DNA of 61,321 nt, counting the filler, from Chiloscyllium plagiosum (Eukaryota), in assembly GCF_004010195.1 (NCBI RefSeq). It is 3 parts of one record of this genome, joined end to end, with 100 filler letters (N's around TTAATTAATTAA, not from the genome) between each part and the next. Parts side by side here need not be neighbours in the genome. Positions count along the whole stretch, not along the records: positions 50,491 to 61,321 come from NC_057715.1; 2 more parts are not named here. One strand, written 5' to 3'. The position numbers and the translations under genes are program-made. Below are positions 50,715 to 61,321 of this stretch, in pieces. The notes under the pieces were generated by a model. It was given only the letters and a program-made list of their open reading frames with translations, ran no database searches and was not told the DNA's origin. Position 1 is the first letter of the stretch; each line of letters opens with the position of its first letter.

Positions 50715-53663
50715 AAAAATCCTTGGAGGTGAGGAATAGTAAAGGAAAAAAGTCACCAGTAGGTGTGCTCTACAAGCCCACTAGCAGTAAGCATACTGTC
50801 AATCAAAGTATACAAGAAACAACAGTGCTTGTTTGTGATAAAAAGTTGGCAATAATCATGGGTAATTTTAAACACCATATAAAGTCGGAAAATCAGATCA
50901 GCTAAAGTCCAGAAGTCAGCATGCTTTTAAGTAATTTCTTACAGCAACACAGTCTGCAACCGACAAGACAGCAAGTGATATTAGACATGATCTATATGAA
51001 CTTCCGTAAGGCTTTCGACAAGGTTCCCCATTGGAGACTGGTTAGCAAGGTTAGATCTCATGGAATACAGGGAGAACTAGCCATTCGGATACAGTACTGG
51101 CTCAAAGGTAGAAGACAGAGGGTGGTGGTGGAAGGTTGCTTGACATACTGGAAGCCTGTGACCAGTGGAGTGCCACAAGGATCAGTGCTGGGTCCACTAC
51201 TTTTCATCATTTATATAAATTATTTGGATGTGAGCATAATAGGTATAGTTAGTAAGTTTGCAGATGACACCAAAATTGGAACAGTGGATAGTGAAGTTTA
51301 CCTCAGATTACAACGGGATCTTGATCAGATGAGTCAATGGGCTGGGCAGTGGCAGATGAAGTTTAATTTAGATAAATGCGAGGTGCTGCATTTTGGGAAA
51401 GCAAATCTTAGCAGGACTTATACACTTAATGGTAAGGTCCTAGAGAGTGTTGTTGAACAAAGAGACCTTGGAGTGAAGGTTCATAGCTCCTTGAAAGTGG
51501 AGTTGCAGGTAGCTTGGATAGTGAAAGCAGTGTTTGGTATGCTTTCCTTTATTGGTCAGAGTATTGAGTACAGGAGTTGGGAGGTCATGTTGTGGCTGTA
51601 CAGGACATTGGTTAGGCCACTTTAGGAATATTTTGTGCAGTTCTGGTCTCCTTCCTATCGGAAGTCGTTGTGAAACTTGAAAGGGTTCAGAAAAGATTTA
51701 CAAGGATGTTGCCAGGGTTGGAGGATTTGAGCTATAGGGAGAGATTGAATAGGCTGGGGCTGTTTTCCCTGGAGCGTCAGAGGCTGAGGGGTGACCTTGT
51801 TAAGCCAAACGGCATGTTTCCACAGTCTAGGAATTCTATGAATCTTCTATGTGTCTAAGACTGCTTTTTAAATCTAAATAAGGACACACAAGTCGACATG
51901 GAAGCTAAGCTAGCTGGACTGGAATACTCGGCCCAGGAACAGATCAAGAGAGATTCAGTGGCAAACATTTATATTCCAAACATTCAATATGTATACCCTA
52001 TGAAAAGAAAATTCTGAGTGGAGGACCCACCATCCATGGCTAACAAAATAGTTTAGGGAGGAGTCATATTTATGGAATAGCATATAATTGTGCAAAGATG
52101 AGTTGCAACTAAGATAATTTGGCGAAATACTACAAACAACAGAGAATTAATAATCAGGGAAAGAAGTTAGGGCATGAGAGAAAGCTAACTAGAAATGTTA
52201 AAACGGTCAGCCAGTTTCAACAGGTATTTAAAAAGGATACAAGTAAAATGAGCCTGGACCTCCAGAGAGTAAGGTTTGACAATTACATGATAGACAACAA
52301 AAAGGCAGATCAAATTTTGCTTTGATTCTGTCTTCACTACAGACGATAGAAACAAAATTCCAGTAATGACTGAAATCAAGAGGTGGAAGTGAGAGTAGAA
52401 ATGATCATCACTGGGGAAGCAGAACTAAAACTGTGGGTTGAAATGTCTCTGGGCCCTGATGAACTTCATCCGAGGAAATGAAAGATGTGGCTAATGCAGT
52501 TGTAGAAGCATTGGTGGTAATTATTCGAAAGCACACTAAATTCTGTAAAGTAGCAAATATAATTTCTCGACCAGGGTGTGGGGGGAGGAGAAAAACAAAA
52601 AGGTATAGGCCAGTTAGGTTGATGTCTGTTGTCTGGAAGATGTTAGAATTGATCATTAAGGTTAGAAAAACTCAATGTAAGCAGGAAGAGTCCACATGGC
52701 TTTGTGAAAAGCAAATCATGTTTAACCAATTTATTGGCGTGCTTAGAGTAATACACACTGTGGATAAAGGGGAGCCTGTAGGCATACCATACTTGGATTT
52801 CCTCAAGATATTTGACATAAAAGGCTATTTCACAAAGTGGAGCTCATGGTGCAAGGTTTAACATATTTGCATGAACAAAAGTCAGATTGGCTGACAGAAA
52901 AAAAGAGAGTATACATAAATAGGCATTTTTCCAAAGAACAAAACATGCCAAGTACAGTTCTACAGAGATCGGTGCTGGAGTCACAACTTTTTACAATTTA
53001 TATCACTGACTTGGAAACAGGAGTGAAGGTATCGTAGTTAAATTTGCAGATGACTCAAAGTTAGGTCAGAAACTATGATTTGAAGACCACCTGAGGAGGT
53101 TGCAGTGGGGTACAGATAGGTTGAGTGATTACGCAAAATCTGGCAGATGATATATAATGTGGGGAAATTACAAATTGTTAACTTTGGCAGGAAGAATGAA
53201 AATGTAGGCTATTACTCAAATGAGGAATGACTGCAGAACATAGGTATGTGGATATATGGCACATAAGTCACAAAAAGTTAGGATGCAGTCACAGAAAGCA
53301 ATTATGCAGGCTAATTGGATGCTTTTGCTTATTGCATGATGAGTTGAGCATAAAAAAGATGTTATACTTCAGTTGTGTTGGTAATTGATGAGATCTCATC
53401 TTGAACAATGTGCGTCGGTTTTGTCTCCTCATTTAAGGAAGGATGTAATATGCTAAAGGTGAGTTAAAGGTGGCTTACTATTGATACTTGGAATAAGCAG
53501 GTTATCTTACGAGGATAGGTTAGACGGGGGGGATTGTTTCCACTGGAGTTTACAAGAACATGGTGCGGGTGGGGGGGGGGGGGGGCAGTGACGGCTTGAT
53601 TTCAATGTATAAGATCCTAAATGATCTTGATAAGGTGGACATGGAAAGGATGTCCTTTCTCTA
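50715..53663 (+). mobile_element. Old CR1 ORF2 with a younger CR1 RT segment (about 50982-51850) inserted
   Basis: ORF 50921..51625: NFRKAFDKVPH, GVPQGSVLGPLLF, KFADDTK. The older copy gives ORFs 50723..50905 and 52478..53037. Confidence 0.88.
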
Positions 53664-54412
53664 CCCTGAGGAGCTCTGTCTTTCCTGTGCAGGTTGCTGT
53701 AAAGTCCTTTCACCTATAACTGGCATTAAGACTTATCTTCAGAAATACAGAACCTCCCTAACTTGCTCCCAGCTCTTAAGTAGAGTCATAAAGATGCACA
53801 GCACAGAACAGATTCTTTGGTCCAATTCGTTCATGCCAACCAGATATCCTAATCTGATCTTGTCCCATTTGCCAGCACTTGGCCCATATCCCTCTAAATA
53901 CTTCCTGTTCATCTATCCATCCAGATGCCTTTTAAATGTTGTAATTGTACCAGCCACTACCACTACCTCTGGCAACTCATTCTGTACACGTACCGCCTTT
54001 GTGTGAAAATGTGCCCCTTAGGACACTTAGCTTCTCCCACACAGGTTCCTCCAACGTCAGCTATGAATTTTGCTGTGTTTGTTCATTTTTCCTAGACACA
54101 CTCCAATGTTGAGATACTTGAACTAAAACAGGAAAGGCAGTAACTGTGCAGATTCACTGCTGTGTCAGACAGCATGGTAGGTTTCTTTCTATGACCATGT
54201 GGTCTCCGCCTTTGTCTGTCTTCCTCCTTTTTAAAGTGCTGTTATTTTGGTCTTTTTTCCCCTCAAAATTGCAAAACAATGCAACAGCTTTTAAAACAGC
54301 AATTGCTGCTCCTGGAATTCGAGGAAATCACCTCCAGTACTTAAAATATCTCAAAGAAAGCAGCTCTTATAGCTACAATTTTTTCCCCTCCTCCATCTTG
54401 GATTACCCACAA
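53664..54412 (-). mobile_element. Unclassified non-coding retroelement-like insertion with a nested CR1 3' fragment (about 53782-54024)
   Basis: Perfect 11-bp TSD tcctttctcta at 53653-53663 and 54413-54423; minus-strand start GGGTAATCCAAGATGGAGG. Confidence 0.65.
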
Positions 54413-57400
54413 TCCTTTCTCTATGTCAGTAGCCTACATCAATTTTGTTTTAAAACTTCAGTCCTTAACTGTACTAATTGGCCTCAGTAACAGTACAGCA
54501 AGTTTGCAGGCACATACTTTCAAAACCACATGCCCACTAAAATTTCATGCAAATAAACCTGAAGTCAGACTTTGGTAGCATTTTTCTGCCTTCCCCTTTC
54601 CCTCACCCTGTTTAGCCTCACTTTGAGCTACAAAAATCTATCCCAGGAATCAAAACATGTAATATTGGAAAAATAGAATTGTGCAAATAAAGACAACAAG
54701 TGCAAGATATGCTCAGCAGGTCTGGCAGCATCCAAGAAGAAGAATACAGAAGAATTCAGATTGACGACATTACTTCAGTATTGGAAACATTGTCTCTCAA
54801 AGCATGTATGACATTTAACTGCTGTGCTTCAAAGCATGGATATCTTGAATACTATTCTTTCCAGTCAAAATACTTTCCCTCAAATCCTTAAGCTTTTGAA
54901 TATCTATTTCTTCAAATAGAACCAAACTGCAAAATACATTTGGCTCAGAAAGGGACAATGATTAAATCAGTGTGAGTTTCCCAAGTTGTTCTTGACAGTT
55001 ATCAGACATATTTATCATAGCATGTCAGAAAAGCTTTAGCGTTTTGGGAGAGTTTAAAAAAACAAAATAAAAAGCTTAAAAAAAACAAATCATTTTACAT
55101 TTCATTGGCATTATGATGATTATGAAATAACTCATCAATGTACTGTGATGCGATATATACCTGAGAGTTAGAACAGATGTTAGGCCAGACAGTGAAGCAG
55201 GGTGAACCACCAAAGAGACAACAGGCTGAATGGTTTCATTTTTACCATAAATTTTCTATGTTTCTATGTTGATGGTAAGAGATAACTGGACAAGAGTGCA
55301 AAGATGTAATTTAGTGCACATTTTAATTTTTTTCATGTATTTATTTTAAATGCCTGTTGCTATATTTAACAAAATGGTAAAGCACAGAACTGGAGTACAA
55401 TAACTAACATTTTGTTGAGTAATATATAATTTTGTTTTTCAGAATATACTACTTTCATAATACTGCATATTACTTCACACTGGCCCTGGAAAACAAATTT
55501 TATATTTATGAAATGTCATTGTCTCTAACACTATATAATTTTCAAGTGTCTTTAATATAGTGTAAGTTAAAGTATATAATTTATATATAATTTAGTGAAC
55601 TTTGTTTTAGAACTTGATTTTGATCTAGCGATACCTGGGTTTGGTCTGCAGGCTTGAAGGGGTTGATTGATTAACTGTCAAGTATGCCGCAGCCATGGTG
55701 ACTTCTTTTAAAGCAGTGTTAGACAGATTTCCTGGAAAGTAATGATGTTGTAATTCGTAGCGTTTACTTGGAAATTATAATAAACATTAGGGTTTATTAT
55801 ATTTTAAATGATCAGAATTTTTAAATTTCATTTACAGGAAACACCGTAACTTAGGAAGAAACCTTTGGGTTTCAGGTTGGGCAGTTCTGCAGAAGTTTTG
55901 ACTGAAACTAGAAAAGTATTACAGTGGCTCCTAAGAAAGGAAGGAAATTTAGGACTATTAAGAAATAGGTTTAGAAATAGGACTGTTAAAGAGTTTAGTT
56001 TAGAAGTTCAGTTTAGAAATGTTTGGTTAAAACCCTGAAGGGGTTATTTGAAGTTGAAAAAGTCCAAACTCAGTTGTATTGAAGCTCCAGAACAGGCTAC
56101 CAGATTCTCAAGACATGGAATTGAAGCCATGATTAAATCAACTCTGTTTAACTGTTAACCCCAAAGCTGCATAGTTTTATATTTGCATTTCAGTTATAAA
56201 TATAAAAAAGCAAAATATGATCTATCAAGCCAGATTTCAATCTGGGATTCCACCAGTCAGAATAACTGACTTTTCAGCATCTATCAAATTCCAAATCTTA
56301 ATTATTTATTCTACTATTTAAAAATTAAACTGACATTGAAAAACAAAGTGCCTTTAGTTTCCTCGTTTGAAATCTGTGAGAACAAATACTTCAATGCAGT
56401 TGACTGTGTAGCCTGCTTAGTGATCCCCTTGACTTGGCACCAAATTCAAATTAACATTGGGAAAGAGTAAATCCATGCAACAAAAATATTTCTGGATAGA
56501 TTTCTCCAAAGTCAACAGCTAGCACAGAAGTTATGGTGTTTCCTGCTTTGTTTCACAATAACCTCAGACCATGAGCTAGGGCAATGAATGTGAACTCACT
56601 GCAAATATCAATTCCTTTGCAGCTGACATACTATAGATAAAAGATTAGTGGTTACTGCTTCTAGCCATTATGGTCTCCTTGAATTTTCTTTATCACCAGA
56701 GAGGAGCTTCCCAGAGTTCTGTTCCTAAATTGACTAGATATTCTGCTTTCCCAGGTGTCTTGGTGATTTGTTGGAGTGAGTGAGAGAAAGAATCTATCAG
56801 GAAAGAGAGTGGCCTTATGAGATTCATGACGTGCATCATAACGATATGAGCCAGGTGAGCTTTATCTGTCTCTTATAAGAACATTTTTTAAAAATTGTCC
56901 TGATTGCGATTCGCATATGATTCACTGACAGCTTACTGGAACATTAACACACTGCCACTACAGCCCTTCAATTTCCTCAAAGATGTCCTACTTGCTGTTA
57001 CCTCAACAGGAAGACACTGGGCACAAATAAAAGAAAAATAAAGAGGTATACACCCAAAATGTCCCTGCATCCTTTCCAATAGCTAATTATAAACCAGCAT
57101 TAAAAATGCCAGAAAATAAAATCAACAAGCTTCTCAAGGCTATCCAAAGAAGTAGAAGAAGAAATAAAAGTACAACCAGGTAAATAAATTGTCTAAAAAT
57201 GATATGGTAAGAAATTTCACAAGGGAGGTAAATCAAAAATCAGACAATGATGAAAGATATGCTGATCTGTCACTGAGATCAAAATACTAGGAAATTAGCC
57301 AGGTGTCACAAGCGCTTATGTTGCAGTAATGTATCAAGTTCACATATAGCTGGATTTATTGCATAGATAACAGGACATGTTTTATTTGCACACACTGAGT

Positions 57401-59387
57401 ATGCAAATTAGTGTCTAAAACATTCCATGATCATAATAGTACATACAGTACTTCATTTTCAACTATAGAACACAGCTTCATTTTAATCAAGAAGAATGTT
57501 GGCAAAATGTGCAACCTGTGCTCTGCCAAATATGAACGTTCTAAAAATAAAAAAACAAACTCAGCTTTACTGCAACTTGTAGAATTATAATTAAGGTTAA
57601 ACTGGGAATGGTTTTTGCATTTAAAGACTCTCGAAGTTCAAAGTATAACATCATGCAGCTGCATCTAAGAATAAGAAACTAGTCTCAACTTCATTATTTA
57701 AAACGTGTGGATTAATGGAGGGGGAAAAGGAAAATCATGACTTGAATATGGAATATATGCTGACCACAAAACATCAGAAGCAGAAGTCGGTCATTTAGCC
57801 CATCAACTCTTCTCTACCAATCAATATGATCGCAGCTGATCATCCAACTCAGTATCCTGTTCCCATTTTCTCCTCTTACCCTTTAGTACTTCTAGACCCA
57901 AGAACTATACCCAACTCCTCCTTGAAAACATTCAATACTTTGGCCTCAACAACTTTTTGTGACAGAGATCTCCACGGGATCATTATTCTCTGGTGTGAAG
58001 AAATCCTTACTTGTCTCAATCCTAAATGACTGACACTGTATCCTTTAGCTGTGACCCCTGGTTCTGAAATCCCTGGTCATCAAGAACATCCTTGCTCTTA
58101 CTTTCTGGATTTATGCTGTCTCGTCCTGTTAGAATTTTATACGTTGCTATGAGATCACCCCTCATTCTTCTAAACTCCAATGAATATCATCCTAATCTCA
58201 TGTTTCACTAAGATTGCCTCTTAACCTTCTAAATTTCATACAGTCCAAGCCTAACCTACTCAATCTCTTCTCATAAAACACAGACTTCAAGACCTCGTAT
58301 CAGCCTATTGAATTTTCTTTGGAATGCCTCCAGTGCTAGTATATCTTTCTGTAGATAAGGAACTCAGAACTGTCTGGTATTCCAGCTATGATCCAACTAT
58401 GCCTTATATAGTTTTAGCAAAACCTTGTTACATTCATACTAAATTACCATTGAAATAAAGGTTAACATACAAATTGCCTTCCCTATTACCAACTGAACTT
58501 GAATGCTGGATTTTTATGATTGATGCACGAGGATTCCCAAATCCTTCTATTCTGTCAATTTATGTTGTCTTTCACTATTGAAATAATATTCAGCTCCTCT
58601 GTTCTATAGGTTAAAATGTATAACCTCACATTTTCCCACATTATATTCCATCTATCAAGTTTTTGCCCATTCACTGAAACCGGTCTATACTTCTGCAGAA
58701 TGTGCATAATCACCACTACTTGCCTTCCCACCTACTTTTATGTCATCCGCAAACCTGACTATAATACATCCATTTTCCTCATCCAAGTCATTTATATATT
58801 TTTTTAAATAATTGCAGCCTCAGGACTGATACCTGGGGCATTCAACTAATTACAGGATGCCATCTGCAAATGTCCCACTTTATCCCAACTCTCCAAATTC
58901 TATTAGTAAGCCAATCTGCAATCCAAGCTAATATACTACCTTCAACAAGAAGGGCATTTTTTTTTTTTTTAAGTAGCCTGATGCGTGGTACTTGCAAAAC
59001 AATTTTGAAAATCCAAATATATTATATCCACTGTTTTCCCTTATTCATCCTGCAGGTTACCCCCTCAGAGAATTCTAGTAAATTTGGCAGGCATGATCTT
59101 CCCTTCATTAAAACATGTTGATTCTGCTCAATCTCATGTCATGTATTTCTAAATGCTCTATCACATCCTCTTTTTAGATTTTAACATTTCCCAGTAAGAG
59201 ACGTTAAGCCAACCAGTCTTTAGTCATTTGTTTGTTTCCTTGACTTCTTAAATAAAACTGCTACACTGGTAATTTTACAAAGGCTTTTCCAGAATCTAAG
59301 GATTGTTGGAAGATTAATACCAGTACATTGACAATCTCCATACTTACTTCCTTTAAAATTGTACAATGTATCCCACCAGGGCCATGA

Positions 59388-59690
59388 GGGCGGCACGGTG
59401 GCTCAGTAGTTAGCACTGCTGCCTCTCAGTGCCAGGGACCCAGGTTCAATTCCTGCCTCGGGCAACTGTGTGGAGTTTGCACATTCTCCCAGTGTCTGCG
59501 TGGGTTTCCTCCAGTGCTCCGGTTTCCTCCCACAGTCCAAAGATGTGCAGGTTAGATGAATTGGTCATGCTAAATTGCCCGTGCTAAATTGCCCATAGTG
59601 TTAGGTGTAGGGGAATGTATCTGGGTGGATTGCTCTTCGGAGGGTCGGTGTGGAATTGTTGGGCCACACTGTAGGGAATCTAATTTAATC
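59388..59690 (+). mobile_element. HE1-type SINE with an internal 14-bp tandem duplication
   Basis: Same head and body as the other copies; tgctaaattgccc is duplicated near 59568-59594. Confidence 0.92.
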
Positions 59691-60200
59691 TGTCTTCAGC
59701 CCCAGGAGTTTCCCTGGCACCTTTTTCCTGGTGATAGTTACTATACGTATTTCCTCACCACCTTTTGCTCCTTGATTATTCAATAATTTTTAAATGCTAT
59801 TAGTGTCTTCTACTGTGAAAACTGATTCAATATATATATTCAACCCCCCTGCCATTTCCTGGTTCCCCATTATTTCCCAAGCCTTGTTCTCCAAGGGGTT
59901 CAGGCTTTTTTCTTTCAATTTGATGCTATCTTTAACTTCCCTCATTAATCATGATTGTCTTATCCCTTTCCAAGAATCCTCCTTCTTCATTGGAATATAT
60001 ATTTGCTGTAAGCCACAAGCTATTTTCTTAAACTTCTACCAATGTTTCTCAACTGTCTTTGCAAATAAACGCCTTTCCCAGACCACTCCACCTGGCTGCT
60101 CTCATTTTTTTTACACTTGCCCTAATTTAAGCTTAGCCCAGTTATTTTGGACCCAAGTTCCTTCCTGTCAAATTGAATGCTAAATTCTACAATACTGTGG

Positions 60201-60397
60201 AAAAAGTGAGGACTGCAGATGCTGGAGATCAGAGCTGAAAAATTTGTTGCTGGAAAAGCGCAGCAGGTCAGGCAGCATCCAAGGAGCAGGAGAATCGACG
60301 TTTCGGGCACAAGAAGGGCTTATGCCCAAAACGTCGATTCTCCTGCTCCTTGGATGCTGCCTGACTGCTGCGCTTTTCCAGCAACACACTTTTCAGC
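60201..60397. mobile_element. Fold-back PLE-terminus element (family A)
   Basis: Inverted arms of about 75 bp centred on aagaagggcttatgccc; TSD tctacaatactgtgg 60186-60200 / tctacaatactatag 60398-60412. Confidence 0.85.
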
Positions 60398-60999
60398 TCT
60401 ACAATACTATAGTCAGTGTTTCCTTTGGGTTTTTACTCTGACGTCATTTATTAAACGTTCCTCATTACACATCATTAGACTCAATTGTACTGACCAGTGA
60501 CCGCACATGCCACAAACAGAGCAAAATTTATTTGACTTGGAGAGTCCTTATAAATAGCTGTATTCTTGAAAATGCTTTTCACTGAATAAAGAAAAAAATT
60601 CCAGAGTGATATAATTATCCTCATCAATAAGTGATCAATTAAGTACCATGGACTTTAGCAAACTTTAATACTTTCAATATAGATCAGGTCACTGATATCC
60701 ACTAACATCTGTTGCACATAACTAAATACACACTTACTTTGTTAAGGGGCCAGCAAATATTTGTGTTGCTCATCAAACGTGATTTCATTTAACTCAAAGA
60801 AACAAACTTGCATTTAAATAGCAGCATATGACCACCAGACAGCTTCAGACTCACTGGTCTGTAGTTCTAGGCCTACCTCTGCCACCCGACTTGTAAAGTG
60901 AAGTCACATTAGCGGTGTTCCAGTCCTCTGGCACCGCCCATGCAGCCAGAGACAATTTAAAAATTGCGGCTGTGACTTCCTCCATTATCTCCCACAAAT

Positions 61000-61321
61000 A
61001 CGATAGTTATGGTAAGGGATTTTAACTTTCCAAACATCATTTGGGACTGCCATAGTGTTAAAGGTTTAGATGGAGAGGAATTTCTGAAGTGTGTACAAGA
61101 CAATTTTCTGATTCAGTATGTGGATGTACCTACTAGAGAAGGTGCAAAACTTGACCTACTCTTGGGAAGTAAGGCAGAGCAGGTGACTGAGGAGTCAGTG
61201 GGGGAACACTTTGTGGCCAGCGACCATAATTCTATTTTTTAAAAAATAGTGATGGAAAAGGATAGACCAGATCTAAAAGTTGAAGTTCTAAATTGGAGAA
61301 AGGCCAATTTTGACAGTATTA
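61000..61321 (+). mobile_element. CR1 endonuclease-domain fragment running off the window
   Basis: DFNFPNIIW...PTREGAKLDLLL...SDHNSI. Confidence 0.88.

Larger units (their letters stand above)
57770..60480 (-). mobile_element. CR1 fragments hosting an HE1 SINE and a fold-back element
   Basis: tgtcatccgcaaac (FADD in reverse); 3' UTR similar to 50085-50390. Confidence 0.8.

Noticed and set aside
55112..55164. Possible C/D box snoRNA (ATGATGA...CTGA)
   Set aside because: Only about 52 nt, no terminal stem, and antisense to the host gene.
60296..60337. Active double-sided hammerhead at the centre of the hairpin element
   Set aside because: Both strands lack the CUGANGA box here; only stem II and GAAA-side remnants survive.

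Overview
Vertebrate (cartilaginous fish, inferred from HE1 SINE and CR1/HER1-type LINE content) genomic DNA lying within the TMEM135 gene on the minus strand. Four internal coding exons (70, 168, 64 and 77 nt) with canonical AG/GT boundaries and continuous phase lie between 5041 and 20034. No further TMEM135 exon was recognised, so the rest is intron, interrupted by two artificial 100-nt scaffold gaps. The introns are dense with decayed mobile elements: many CR1 LINE fragments, five HE1 (V-SINE) copies, a Deu-domain SINE, an internally deleted but end-complete L1 with its TSD, a solo LTR with a 4-bp TSD, and a Tc2/pogo-type non-autonomous DNA transposon. There are also at least four families of Penelope-like (PLE) termini carrying minimal hammerhead ribozyme cores. 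The most notable pattern is a recurring set of short (about 120-300 bp) fold-back elements built from two inverted PLE/hammerhead termini and bounded by 11-20 bp TSDs; one is nested exactly at another's hammerhead core. Nearly all listed ORFs are repeat remnants or noise. Repeat boundaries without a stated TSD are approximate, and family assignments come from recalled motifs, not database searches.
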